From Nitrospirota bacterium (GTDB taxonomy: Bacteria > Nitrospirota > UBA9217), in assembly GCA_963737155.1 (NCBI GenBank), contig CAVTRN010000001.1, forward strand, positions 160,001-224,000: a DNA stretch of 64,000 nucleotides. Direction: 5' to 3'. Position numbers and translations under genes: made by a program. Below are positions 1 through 10,374 of the stretch, one piece after another (the stretch's first letter is position 1; the number at the start of each line of letters is the position of its first letter). The notes beneath the pieces were generated by a model that was not told the origin of the DNA, did no database searches, and saw nothing but the letters and a program-made list of their open reading frames with translations.

Positions 1-69
1 GCACTGGCAGATATGCATCATTATTCCACGGCTATTTTGCGGTCTTAAAATTTAGGGCACTCGAATTAA

Positions 70-103
70 CGCAGTGTTTCACATACCATCGTGAAACACT
101 GCG
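70..103. terminator. Strong hairpin, probable terminator downstream of the Spy/CpxP gene
   Basis: Perfect 13-bp inverted repeat CGCAGTGTTTCAC/GTGAAACACTGCG with an 8-nt loop, about 75 bp past the stop of the minus-strand gene. Confidence 0.6.
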
Positions 104-176
104 AAATGTTAAACACTTTGCGAATCTCTTGATACGTAAAATGCCAGGGTAACCAGGCTCCCGCAAATTCAAATAT

Positions 177-752
177 TTATTCAGCCTGATTCATATGATC
201 CTTCTGCATACCATGATGATCTCGATGTGATTTTTGCATGAGCTCAATTAGTTTCGTCCGCTGTTCCGGTGTTAACTGCGATTTAATTTCTTCGCGCGCT
301 TTAATCGCACTGAGTATCATGTTGGTTTTCAAGCCTTCCATCTTTTTCACTTGCGCTTCGACAGCGCCCATGTCAACTTTGTCTTTGTGGAGCTGCTCGC
401 GAAGCTCAATCCTTGCGATCTTTATGTCGGCTCGCTTCCGGATCATATCCTTCACCATGGCACTCCGGATCCCGTGTATGGCGGTTTTTTGTTCGGCAGT
501 AAGATCAAGCTGCTTAAAGGCTTTCTCTAGACGATAGCGCCTGCCGTGGTACATCCATGACTTTTCTTTTTCAAACCGGTGGACTTGCGCTGGTTTGCTG
601 CAGTGTGTCACGGGAGGGCCACCATACTCCTGACCTTCATCAGCATACGCCTTATTCGCTAGTGAACTCTGCGTTGCAATCAATAACCCCAAAGACAATA
701 CACCCCCAGCCACAAAATATCCAAACTTCCGTACTTCATGCGTGCCAAACAT
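177..752 (-). CDS. Spy/CpxP family periplasmic chaperone (LTXXQ motif)
   Basis: Signal-like N-terminus; LDLTAEQK and QLTPEQR motifs; start moved to ATG 752, which follows a GGAGG RBS. Confidence 0.85.
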   Translation of the reverse strand: MFGTHEVRKFGYFVAGGVLSLGLLIATQSSLANKAYADEGQEYGGPPVTHCSKPAQVHRFEKEKSWMYHGRRYRLEKAFKQLDLTAEQKTAIHGIRSAMVKDMIRKRADIKIARIELREQLHKDKVDMGAVEAQVKKMEGLKTNMILSAIKAREEIKSQLTPEQRTKLIELMQKSHRDHHGMQKDHMNQAE

Positions 753-1246
753 TGCGTTATTCCTCCTTCTTAAAATTATCTTAATTTGCATTGCTCACAG
801 TCAATAATATAGACACATCTTATGGGAAAAAGTTTAATTCAAACATCAAGTGAACGAGTTTGATATGCGGAGGAGGAAAAAGCCAAGGCAAAAATATCTA
901 ACAAAGAAGCAGAAGAACTGTTAAACACTCAATCGTTCATATGCAGGATACAGCAGTCATTTTCTGCCTTTGTCACCGTATTGCCAGTGCAGAGTTGCGG
1001 GTGAATCTCACAAAATTCTTTTTTTCACCGATTGCTTTCTTTCAATATGGGTATTCGTTTTATCCAATAATTAGATTATATGTCCGTTGACTATAGAAAC
1101 CCATCGTAATCGTTGACAACTCGTGACATCAAGCATATCATATATTCGTAAGAGACTAATCACGACATAAACATCCACAGATATTAATCAGCATTCGAAA
1201 TGCCCTGGTGAAGGTAAAGCTTGTTTGCGGATAAGATCTAAGCGCC

Positions 1247-1945
1247 ATGTCCTTATTAACCATCTATAATAATCTCCACCACTTTGCTGCGATCGTCCTT
1301 TTAGCGGTTGGCGCGCTGCTGCCCATCGTCGGGCCACTAAGCGGAGCACCGATTTTTCTCTCCATGACAGCCGACCTTGCGCCGGAAGAGCGACGCCGGA
1401 TGGCGAAAGCGGTTGCAGTAAACAGTTTCCTGCTGCTTATCGCTTCGGCTCTGATTGGTGCCTATGTGCTCGATTTTTTCGGGCTTTCTATCCCTCCTGT
1501 CCAGGTCGCCGGCGGACTCGTCGTATGCGCCATCGCTTGGTCGCTGCTGAACAGCCCCAATTCGTCGCCCACTCTCGTCGGTAACGAGCCGTCAGCCGTA
1601 ACACCGGTCGAGTTCAGTCAGCGCGCCTTCTACCCTCTGACAATGCCGCTCACCGTAGGCCCCGGTTCGATCGCGGTTGCCCTCACGCTCGGAGCAAACC
1701 CCACGCGGGGCCTTCGTCCATTGGTCGTGACCGCGCTGGCACACGCGCTTGGCATCTTTATCGTCGCTGCAAGTGTCTACCTTTGCTATCGCTATGCCGA
1801 TCGCATCCTCAAGAAGTTGGGACCGACTGGAACCAGCGTGGCAATGCGTCTCTCCGCATTCATCCTAATGTGTATCGGCGTCAAGATTTTTTGGGATGGG
1901 CTGCACGCGCTGCTCGTCAGTACGTTTCCGAATGCTGCCTTATGA
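1247..1945 (+). CDS. MarC family integral membrane protein
   Basis: About six hydrophobic segments; PIFLSMT, PLTMPLTVGPGSI and RLSAFILMCIGV motifs. Confidence 0.9.
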   Translation: MSLLTIYNNLHHFAAIVLLAVGALLPIVGPLSGAPIFLSMTADLAPEERRRMAKAVAVNSFLLLIASALIGAYVLDFFGLSIPPVQVAGGLVVCAIAWSLLNSPNSSPTLVGNEPSAVTPVEFSQRAFYPLTMPLTVGPGSIAVALTLGANPTRGLRPLVVTALAHALGIFIVAASVYLCYRYADRILKKLGPTGTSVAMRLSAFILMCIGVKIFWDGLHALLVSTFPNAAL

Positions 1946-2344
1946 AGCACCGATACAATCGGCCCGCCTGTGACCCTGCTTCCGAAGGGCTATTCTCCGC
2001 ACTCTGTTCAACCTCGGTTTCGACCGACGATCTCTGCGCTCATGCTTCAACCCGAATTTTGTCAGGGTTTAATCAGTGGAAATCCATGTAGAGCAGGTGT
2101 TCCTCCGAGAGGCCCTGATTTGATGGAAGTGAAAAATATCGATTGAAACTTGGCTTCGTTTTTTTTCTGTGCTGCGATAGACGCATGTCATGGTAACGGT
2201 GAAGTTACAATCCGAAATCATCATCCAGCAACCGGCCTCCTCCATGCAAGCCATAATTTTCTCTTTATATTTTCAGATTATTCTACTATATTATCTATGC
2301 CCTATTTCTGGGTTTTATTTACGCGTAATTTATTCTTAAGGAAG

Positions 2345-2530
2345 GGAGGTAAGAACGGCCTAAAGTCATAATCAGTAAACTTAAAAAAGATGTCAGGGAA
2401 GAGGAGTGAAATTCTCCCGCTGCCCCGCAGCCGTGAAGGGAACGAAAACCCAAAAGCAAGCCACTGTCATGAGTAATATCATGATGGGAAGGCGGGTTAG
2501 TAGGATTAAGCCCTAAGCCGGAAGACCTTC
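2345..2530 (+). promoter_or_regulatory. Cobalamin (B12) riboswitch
   Basis: Conserved blocks in the expected order: AGGGAA..GTGAAATTC..CTGCCCCGCAGCCGTG..GCCACTG..TGGGAAGGC..AAGCCGGAAGACC; lies about 30 bp before the ATG at 2563; 5' boundary approximate. Confidence 0.9.
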
Positions 2531-2562
2531 AAAAATTAAATTCCCGCGGGAGGAGTTAAAAG

Positions 2563-2835
2563 ATGAACTATAAGTATTTTATTCACCATGAGTGCAGTTA
2601 TTTCCCTTGCCATGATCTTCAGGAATGGAAATCATGTTTGTTTTGTTGGTGCCCGCTTTATTTGCTCGATTGTGACGGAAGTTTTACCATGAAGAATGAC
2701 ATCAAAGATTGTTCGAGTTGTGTTATTCCCCACATTGAAAATGGATATGATTACATCCTGGAAGTAATTAGAACCACGATTTATCAAAAAAGCACATCAC
2801 CTTTACTAAAGCCTAACCGCCTAATATTTAAATGA
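2563..2835 (+). CDS. Cysteine-rich small domain protein (zf-like, cobalamin-associated)
   Basis: CSYFPCH..CLFCWCPLY..KDCSSCVIPH pattern; GGAGG RBS; directly behind the riboswitch. Confidence 0.85.
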   Translation: MNYKYFIHHECSYFPCHDLQEWKSCLFCWCPLYLLDCDGSFTMKNDIKDCSSCVIPHIENGYDYILEVIRTTIYQKSTSPLLKPNRLIFK

Positions 2836-2839
2836 GGAG

Positions 2840-3154
2840 ATGGCCATGATCAGCGTAATTGCCTCGATTCGTGTAAAGACAGGAAAACTTCACGATTATC
2901 TCGCGATTCTTAAAGCCAATGTGCCTGCTGTTAGAAAAGAGAAGGGATGTATCGAGTATGTCCCCACAGTCGATCTTGACGTAAAACTGCCTCCGCAGGT
3001 TCTCGATAATAATGTTGTCACCCTTCTTGAAAAGTGGGAGAGCCTGGAAGCGCTCCATGCTCATCTCGGATCGCCACATATGCTGGATTACAGGGAAAAG
3101 GTAAGGACCTTCGTCGAGAGTGTGTCTTTCAAAGTACTACAAGAAGTAAATTAA
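2840..3154 (+). CDS. ABM-domain putative quinol monooxygenase
   Basis: VRKEKGCIEY and LLEKWESLEALHAHLGSPHM motifs; RBS overlaps the upstream stop. Confidence 0.85.
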   Translation: MAMISVIASIRVKTGKLHDYLAILKANVPAVRKEKGCIEYVPTVDLDVKLPPQVLDNNVVTLLEKWESLEALHAHLGSPHMLDYREKVRTFVESVSFKVLQEVN

Positions 3155-3228
3155 AACGGCAAAAACAAAATAACAGGGAATTAGATCGAGTGGGCCAAAA
3201 AACCGGCGCTGATGGTCCGCAAGCCGCT

Positions 3229-4173
3229 ATGAAAGCAGTCGTTATTAGAAAATACGGCAGGAATGATGTCGTGGAGATCGTGAGCATGCCGCAGCTGCGG
3301 TGCGCGTCAGGCATGGTGCTGATCAAGGTGCATGCAGCGAGTGTTAACCCCCTAGACTGGAAGGTTCGCTCCGGAATGGTGCGGCTTATCACGGGAAGCA
3401 GGTTCCCGAAGGTCCTCGGCTCCGAGTGCGCGGGCGAGGTCGTCGAGACCAGTGGCGGGTTCTCAAAGTTCAAGCCGGGCGACCAGTTGGTCGGTCTAAC
3501 GGGTGTACGCGGCCTTGGCGCCTTCGCGGAATACACATGTTTGCCGGAAACCACAGCGTTTACGAAGTCCGCTGTCATCTCATTCGAAGAAGCAGCCTGT
3601 ATTCCCATCGCCGGGCTTACCGCCCTTCAGGCCTTACGGGACCGCGGCAGGATCGCATCCGGCAAAAAGGTTTTGATCAACGGTGCTTCAGGCGGCGTAG
3701 GAACGTTCGCCATCCAGATATCAACAATCTTCGGCGCGGAAACCACCGGGGTATGCAGTGCAGCGAACCTCGACCTCGTGAAAGACCTGGGCGCGAGCCG
3801 CGTCATCGACTACGGGGCTGAAGATTTCACGAAAGGGCTAGATCGGTACGACATTATCTTCGATGCAGTCGCCAAACGATCCTTTCTCGAATGCAAGAAA
3901 GCCCTCAATCCGCACGGCATCTACATCAGCACTCTCCCATCCTTTTCCGGCTTCCTCAACCAGTACCTCATGGGCTTTTTATCAAGCAGAAAGGCCAAAT
4001 CTATCTGGGTCAAGCCGAATTCCGCTGACATGACTTGGATCACATCGCACATTGAGTCCGGCAGGATTAAAGTCGTCATCGACAAAGTCTTTTCCCTTGA
4101 CGAGGCCAAAGAGGCCCTTGCTTATAGCGAGTCCGGGAGGGCCAAGGGAAAGATCGTGATTAAAACGAATTGA
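3229..4173 (+). CDS. NAD(P)-dependent medium-chain (quinone reductase-like) alcohol dehydrogenase
   Basis: MKAVV start; VHAASVNPLDWK, VLINGASGGVG and GRAKGKIVI motifs; start trimmed from 3034. Confidence 0.9.
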   Translation: MKAVVIRKYGRNDVVEIVSMPQLRCASGMVLIKVHAASVNPLDWKVRSGMVRLITGSRFPKVLGSECAGEVVETSGGFSKFKPGDQLVGLTGVRGLGAFAEYTCLPETTAFTKSAVISFEEAACIPIAGLTALQALRDRGRIASGKKVLINGASGGVGTFAIQISTIFGAETTGVCSAANLDLVKDLGASRVIDYGAEDFTKGLDRYDIIFDAVAKRSFLECKKALNPHGIYISTLPSFSGFLNQYLMGFLSSRKAKSIWVKPNSADMTWITSHIESGRIKVVIDKVFSLDEAKEALAYSESGRAKGKIVIKTN

Positions 4174-4729
4174 CGCGTTATTTTAAACTGAGACTTGCTA
4201 TGCCTCAATCGCAACAATGGAAAGCAGTATTGGTTTCTTCTTAAGATTTGCATTTGCTAGAAGAACATAGGGGCTTATCACAAGTGCCAGGATCGATCAG
4301 AAGTGATGAATTGCGGTTGAATCATACAGCGAGCATGAGGCGCCGTTTTCTTTCTGAAGTTGTTGAAGATTCCATTTCTCATAAATTTACAACCTGAATT
4401 CCGCACCGCATACCCGTAATATATCCACTGGACAGCGTTAACACTCATATAATCGGCCACATATTCGAAGCGAATTAAAACAATCAAAAAATATAGATGC
4501 TGTCATATTTTAACATGGGGCAATAAGATATCAAGAATTATGGGTTCGATAAATATTTTATTGACCAGACATAGAGCCCATGATAACCTTGATCTCAGGC
4601 GTTGCGATTATAGCTGATTCGGCAATAGATAATGATCGGGCCACCGTATTGATCGTGCATTTGAAGAAGCGCAGAAAATTTACATCTGTTCCTTCATTCG
4701 CCTTTTTCATCTCCTGGAGATAGTTCGGC

Positions 4730-6127
4730 ATGAAATACACCAAGAACTTCAAAGGACGAAGCTACAGCTTCGAGAATCTTAAAACCTTGCTGGCCAAAGC
4801 GTCGCCGCTGCGGTCGGCGGATGAACTGGCTGGGATTGCAGCAACTTCGCAAGAAGAGCGGGCCGTCGCCCAATGGCTGTTAGCCGATCTGCCGTTGACG
4901 ACGTTTCTCGTGGAACCCTTGATCACACCGGAGGAAGACGAGGTCAGCCGGCTCATTGAAGAGTCCCACGACCGAACAGCATTCGCGCCGATCTCGTCTT
5001 TCACTGTAGGTGAATTTCGCGAATGGCTGCTGACTAATACTACCTCCGACAATGATATAGCTGCGGTTCGCTTGGGGATTACGCCGGAGATGGCAGCGGC
5101 GGTTTCAAAGATCATGCGCAACCAGGATTTGGTCGCGGTGGCCAGACGCTGTTCGGTGATCACCCGGTTCCGCAACACTATTGGACTGCCGGGCCGACTC
5201 TCCACGCGGCTGCAACCCAATCATCCTACCGATGATCCACGCGGCATCGCCGCCAGCGTGCTGGACGGGCTGCTCTACGGTAATGGCGACGCGGTCATCG
5301 GCATTAACCCGGCGATGGACGGCCCGAAGAACGTGGAACGTCTGCTTCACCTTCTGGACGACATCATCCGCCGGCATGAAATCCCCACCCAGTCTTGTGT
5401 GCTGGCCCACGTCACCACCACTCTGGATCTAATGCGTCGCGGCGCTCCGGTGGATTTGGTGTTTCAGTCCATCGCCGGGACCGAAGCGGCCAACAAAAGC
5501 TTCGGAATAAATCTGAAGCTGCTAGCCGAAGCTCGCGAGACGGCACTTGCCATGGGGCGTGGAACTTTGGGCGACAACCTGATGTATTTCGAAACCGGGC
5601 AGGGCAGTGCGCTGTCGGCCAACGCCCATCACGGAATCGATGCGCAGACCTGCGAGGCACGGGCCTATGCCGTCGCCCGCGCGTTCTCGCCTCTACTGGT
5701 TAATTCTGTGGTCGGCTTTATCGGGCCGGAATATCTGTACGACGGCAAACAGATTATCCGCGCCGGGCTAGAGGACCATTTCTGCGGCAAACTGATGGGC
5801 CTGCCAATGGGCTGCGATGTGTGCTACACCAACCACGCCGAGGCCGACCAGAACGACATGGACAACCTGATGACACTGCTGGCCGTGGCCGGCTGCACCT
5901 ACATCATGGGCGTTCCCGGCGCCGACGACGTGATGCTGGCGTACCAGAGCACTTCGTTCCATGACGCGCTGTATCTCCGCCGCGTGCTGGGACTCAGACC
6001 TGCGCCTGAATTCGAGGATTGGCTGAACCGCATGGGGATATTCGACGGACACAACGTCTTGTGCCAGAGCGTCAAATCACCACGCCTGCTCGGCGCTATT
6101 ACCGAACTGACGAAGGAGGAACTGTGA
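4730..6127 (+). CDS. eutB: Ethanolamine ammonia-lyase large subunit
   Basis: RLQPNHPTDD, YFETGQGSALS, VVGFIGPEYLYDGKQI and GCDVCYTNH motifs. Confidence 0.97.
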   Translation: MKYTKNFKGRSYSFENLKTLLAKASPLRSADELAGIAATSQEERAVAQWLLADLPLTTFLVEPLITPEEDEVSRLIEESHDRTAFAPISSFTVGEFREWLLTNTTSDNDIAAVRLGITPEMAAAVSKIMRNQDLVAVARRCSVITRFRNTIGLPGRLSTRLQPNHPTDDPRGIAASVLDGLLYGNGDAVIGINPAMDGPKNVERLLHLLDDIIRRHEIPTQSCVLAHVTTTLDLMRRGAPVDLVFQSIAGTEAANKSFGINLKLLAEARETALAMGRGTLGDNLMYFETGQGSALSANAHHGIDAQTCEARAYAVARAFSPLLVNSVVGFIGPEYLYDGKQIIRAGLEDHFCGKLMGLPMGCDVCYTNHAEADQNDMDNLMTLLAVAGCTYIMGVPGADDVMLAYQSTSFHDALYLRRVLGLRPAPEFEDWLNRMGIFDGHNVLCQSVKSPRLLGAITELTKEEL

Positions 6128-6879
6128 CCGACTCGTGGGTTGCATTACGCCGGTTTACCCAGGCGCGTATCGCCCTGGGACGGGCTGGACATGCCGTTCC
6201 GACCAAAGCGCTGCTAGATTTTCAACTAGCCCACGCGGAAGCGCGGGACGCAGTGCACTTTTCTTGGAACATCGAGGCTTTTGCCGAGTTGGTGCGGGGT
6301 CTCGGTGAGGAGGTTCTGATCCTGGATACGCCTATCGGAAGCCGCGACGAATATCTCCGTAGGCCTGACCTTGGTCGAGTTCTCACCGTGGAATCGCGAA
6401 CCCGGCTGAAGGATTCCAGTGCCGGTGAAGCGGACGTGGCCCTGATAATCACTAACGGACTGTCCTCGACCGCCGTCGAGCGTCATGGGATTCCGTTGCT
6501 ACAAACGATAATGGACAGCTATCGGAAGCGGCAATTCCATGTCGCGCTGATTTCCCTAGTCGCCAACGGCCGCGTCGCTTTATCGGACGATATCGGCAGC
6601 GTTGTTGCCGCGAAAGTGGCGGTAATTATCGTTGGCGAGCGTCCTGGCCTCAGCGCGGCCGACAGTCTCGGCATTTACCTGACCTATGCGCCTCAACCGG
6701 GCAACACTGACGCAGAGAGGAACTGCATCTCCAACATCCGACCGCCAGAAGGTTTGAGCTATGAAGCCGCCGCTGCAAAATTACTCTATCTAACGGAGGA
6801 AGCCATGAGGCGCGGCATTTCCGGTGTCAGGCTAAAGGACGGGATGGTGGATCTACTGAGCGAACGGGAGAAATCGTAA
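6124..6879 (+). CDS. eutC: Ethanolamine ammonia-lyase small subunit
   Basis: ARIALGRAG, YLRRPDLGR, VGERPGLSAADSLGIY and DAERNCISNI motifs; GTG start overlaps the eutB stop (GTGA) after AAGGAGG. Confidence 0.95.
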   Translation: MTDSWVALRRFTQARIALGRAGHAVPTKALLDFQLAHAEARDAVHFSWNIEAFAELVRGLGEEVLILDTPIGSRDEYLRRPDLGRVLTVESRTRLKDSSAGEADVALIITNGLSSTAVERHGIPLLQTIMDSYRKRQFHVALISLVANGRVALSDDIGSVVAAKVAVIIVGERPGLSAADSLGIYLTYAPQPGNTDAERNCISNIRPPEGLSYEAAAAKLLYLTEEAMRRGISGVRLKDGMVDLLSEREKS

Positions 6880-7260
6880 TACATCACCCGACCCCAAAAA
6901 TGATATAGAGGAATTTGTGGCATTATGAGATCGCGAAACACACGTGCTGGAGGTCTTCGGGAAACCAGAGGAGACAATGAAAATGGTTTACAGCAGCAAA
7001 TATCTCCCTGGTGAGTATACTGGAAGTACGATCTCAATCAATAAAGTACTGCTCTTCATGCTCAACGTGGTCCCCTCCATGATCATGGCCCCACCAATAA
7101 CATCTTGAACTTGTGGCAAATGGTTATAATAATAAACCTCATTTAAAATTGATTGGAGCTCTGGAGTCTCGTAGTAGGTACCACAGTACTATGCACATAG
7201 ATCTAGACCGTGCGGTATTTGGATGATTAGCAAGCGTAGGCTGAAAGTATCAATGAACCT

Positions 7261-7375
7261 CCTCGCAGTAAGCTGGGGGTATCTATAAAAAGGGAGACTA
7301 TTATCTTTTGAGAAAACTGCAGTTTCTCAAACTGATACCTCTATGCGGTGACACGGTAGCAAGCTACAGGGAATT
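7261..7375. repeat. Two REP-like / IS200-IS605-end-like palindromes flanking a hairpin
   Basis: CCTCGCAGTAAGCTGGGGGTATC and CGGTAGCAAGCTACAGGGAATT, with TTTGAGAAA..TTTCTCAAA between them. Confidence 0.4.
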
Positions 7376-7531
7376 GCAAGTTAACAGAAGTAATGACAAT
7401 CCAAATAATCGCAAGATAAGCTAACAGATGCGTCATTTCAATAATAAGGATGCGCTACAATTACAATTTGACCTTGACAGACTTCAATTGCCAAGTATAT
7501 AACGTAACAGACTCATGATCCGTGAAAAAAT

Positions 7532-7654
7532 CTTGAGATTGAAAGCATAGTCGGCGTTGGCACAACATTCACTATTTATTTACCAGTTACGGATTTATGC
7601 AAGGAACTTGGTAGACACGGCAGAGTCAAACGTACTCGAAACACAGATCTCTAA
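7532..7654 (+). pseudogene. Histidine kinase ATPase C-terminal fragment
   Basis: Reads LEIESIVGVGTTFTIYLPV, a typical HATPase end, with no upstream kinase body. Confidence 0.6.
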
Positions 7655-7897
7655 CAGCAAAAAAAACTATTTTGGTTATTGATTAATAAAAAACCATTTA
7701 GGTGTTTATTTCAGACATATTGGAACTCCATCGCCACAAAGTGATAAAAACTAATCGTCCGTTGTTGCAGGAAGTACATCGTATAATTTAGCAGAAGTGC
7801 TCGCTGTTGATTATCGGTCAATCTCTTACTTCCTCCCTGAATACATCATTGTTCCTCATATCGAGAAATATAGTTTGAAGAGGAGGCTACACCTCTA

Positions 7898-9439
7898 ATG
7901 ATCAAGCAAGACAACTTATTAAAAACTGAGGAAGATATCAAGAAAGAACGTGATTTCATGTCAGCGGTCCTTGACACCGTAGGGTCAATGGTGCTCGTGC
8001 TCGATCGGTATGGGGAAATTGTCCACTTCAACCACGCCTGCGAAGAGGTGACTGGTTACCCTGTTGAGATTCTGTCTCACATGAATGTCCTCGATCTTTT
8101 CAGGGATGACCGTGTGCTGGTCGAGGACAAAGTAAGGGAAGTATTCGAAAAAGGAAAGGCGTCTACCGAGGCTAGAATCGTTACGAAGAGCGGGGAAACC
8201 ATCCCTTTCTTGCTCACTGGATACCAAATGGTGTTGGACGGAGAGCAATATTTTGTGGGAGTATGTATCGACCTCTCGGAGCGCAAGCACCTGGAAGAAC
8301 AGCTTCGGCAGTCCCAAAAAATTGAATGCATTGGCGCGCTATCTAGCGGCATTGCCCACGATTTTAATAATATTCTAACGGCAATTATCGGGTATGGAAA
8401 CGTGCTCCTCAAGAAAATGAAGCAGGACGAACCGATGAAGCACATCGTCGAGCAAATACTTGCATCGTCAGATCGGGCTGCCAATCTTACGCAGGGACTG
8501 CTGGCCTATGGCAGAAAAAAGGTCCAGAATCCGCAACTGGTGGATCTTAATCGCATTATACGGAAACTCGAATATCTTCTCACCAGCCTCATAGGCGAAG
8601 ATGTGGAACTCAAAACCATTCTGTCAGCGAATGATACAACGATAATGGCCGATTCCGGCCAGATCGAACAAATGCTCATGAACCTAGCAACCAATGCCCG
8701 TGCCGCTATGCCAAACGGAGGCTTTTTGTACATCGAGACAGAGCGTGTAAACATAGATGAATCATCAGCTAAATCGTACGATTTCCAGAAACCTGGAGAG
8801 TATGTCCTGATCGCTGTAACCGATTCCAGTATGGGGATAGACGCCCAGAGGAGAAATCAACTCTTCGAATCCTCCCTTGCCATCAAGGATACAAACACGG
8901 AAATTAGCCTGGGTCTTGTTACAGCTTACAATATAATTAAGCAGCATAATGGATCAATCAACGTTTACAGTGAAGAGGGTCGCGGAACAACATTCAAAAT
9001 ATATCTGCCAATTGCAGCTCCGATAAAGGGGACCTCTATTCCAGCTATTATTCCTCCTCCAATTAAGGGTGGCACAGAATCCGTTTTGGTTGCCGAGGAT
9101 GATGAATTGGTGCGGGGTATTATCTGCGATATGCTTGAACAATTTGGCTATCAGGTGATCCAGGCAGTCGACGGCGAGGATGCAGTTACAAAGTTTATGG
9201 ATAACCAAAACAGCGTGCAGCTGTTGGTCATGGATGTTATCATGCCTAAGAAAAGCGGTCAGAAAGCCTACGAAAAAATCAGGATATTCAAACCTGGCAT
9301 CAAGGTGCTGTTCTCCAGCGGATATACCGCCGATATTCTGTGCCAGAAAGGATTGCTCGACAGAAATATGAATTTCATCCTCAAGCCCGCTCCTATGAAC
9401 GATCTGCTCAGAAAAGTGCGGTCGATCCTTGACCAGTAA
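7898..9439 (+). CDS. PAS-HisKA-HATPase-REC hybrid sensor kinase with degenerate ATP-binding boxes
   Basis: PAS domain, H-box GIAHDFNN and receiver (EDD..MDVIMP..KP) intact; G1, F and G2 boxes altered. Confidence 0.9.
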   Translation: MIKQDNLLKTEEDIKKERDFMSAVLDTVGSMVLVLDRYGEIVHFNHACEEVTGYPVEILSHMNVLDLFRDDRVLVEDKVREVFEKGKASTEARIVTKSGETIPFLLTGYQMVLDGEQYFVGVCIDLSERKHLEEQLRQSQKIECIGALSSGIAHDFNNILTAIIGYGNVLLKKMKQDEPMKHIVEQILASSDRAANLTQGLLAYGRKKVQNPQLVDLNRIIRKLEYLLTSLIGEDVELKTILSANDTTIMADSGQIEQMLMNLATNARAAMPNGGFLYIETERVNIDESSAKSYDFQKPGEYVLIAVTDSSMGIDAQRRNQLFESSLAIKDTNTEISLGLVTAYNIIKQHNGSINVYSEEGRGTTFKIYLPIAAPIKGTSIPAIIPPPIKGGTESVLVAEDDELVRGIICDMLEQFGYQVIQAVDGEDAVTKFMDNQNSVQLLVMDVIMPKKSGQKAYEKIRIFKPGIKVLFSSGYTADILCQKGLLDRNMNFILKPAPMNDLLRKVRSILDQ

Positions 9440-9792
9440 CCGCTCGGTGATGTCAAGAGGTTCAGCTTAAGCGGGCCGTAGTGATCCGAAAGGGATCTGC
9501 CCGTATTTAGCCTATCTGTACCATTAGAGAATTGGAATTTTTTTTCGTCCAATATATCTCTTACTATCGCAAGCAAATCATGGGGAGACGTAGTTTTAAA
9601 TCCAAACGGCGTCCCCTCTTATATGAATATCGGCCAGGTCCTCGGAGCACACTTTGACTTGGCTCTCATGTATTTGTTTTTGTGTATCATATTATCGGAG
9701 GCAGTGGTAAATAGGAACCAGATTAAAAAATGACATTACGTTCTTATTAAACTACCATTACGCATACACAAGGCCTGAATAACACAAGCAAG

Positions 9793-9818
9793 GAAAGGGG
9801 CGATTCATCTCCCCTTTC
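9793..9818. terminator. Hairpin downstream of the small Cys-rich gene
   Basis: GAAAGGGG..CCCCTTTC inverted repeat. Confidence 0.5.
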
Positions 9819-9850
9819 TAGTTTATGGTATGCTTAGTTCCTCGTTTGCT

Positions 9851-10006
9851 CTATTTCTTCTTGAGCTCCATGGGCTTTTTATGACACGTTGCCTCAATAT
9901 CGCACTCGACCCCGCAGCTTTTACTGTGGCATGCGTGCATGACTTTTAGCTCCACAGAACAATCCTTGCTCGTACAAATGAGCACGTCCCCTTCCTTGAC
10001 TTTCAT
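9851..10006 (-). CDS. 51-aa Cys/His-rich putative metal-binding protein (desulforedoxin-like layout)
   Basis: AAGGAGG RBS before ATG 10006; MKVKEGDVLICTSKDCSVELKV..C..C..C..CHKKPMELK; 6 Cys. Confidence 0.7.
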   Translation of the reverse strand: MKVKEGDVLICTSKDCSVELKVMHACHSKSCGVECDIEATCHKKPMELKKK

Positions 10007-10374
10007 ACGTTGGCCTCCTTTGAATTGGAATATCAGATATCCTTTTTTAATATATACCTTAAAAAAGCGGTCATGGCAAGGAGACCAAAATATTTTTGGA
10101 CACTCTTTCCGACATCTCACTCGATAAGCAGTTGAGTCTTTTGGAAAGTGCAGGTTTCGAGTTGCTTTATCAGATAAGCCCGCGCAAACGTTTCTTTCTG
10201 TAACTGACGTGTCTTCCTGATTCTGAAACGTATAAAGCGATTTTTTACTCTTGGCCAATAAGTATCCGATTCTGCGCATACTTTAACAAAAAGGGATATG
10301 GTTAATTAGGAGTGAGCTTCTATTATGAAAGACCCTGCGATAAGAGGATTTGGCATCAACCGGGAAAGTCGGGA

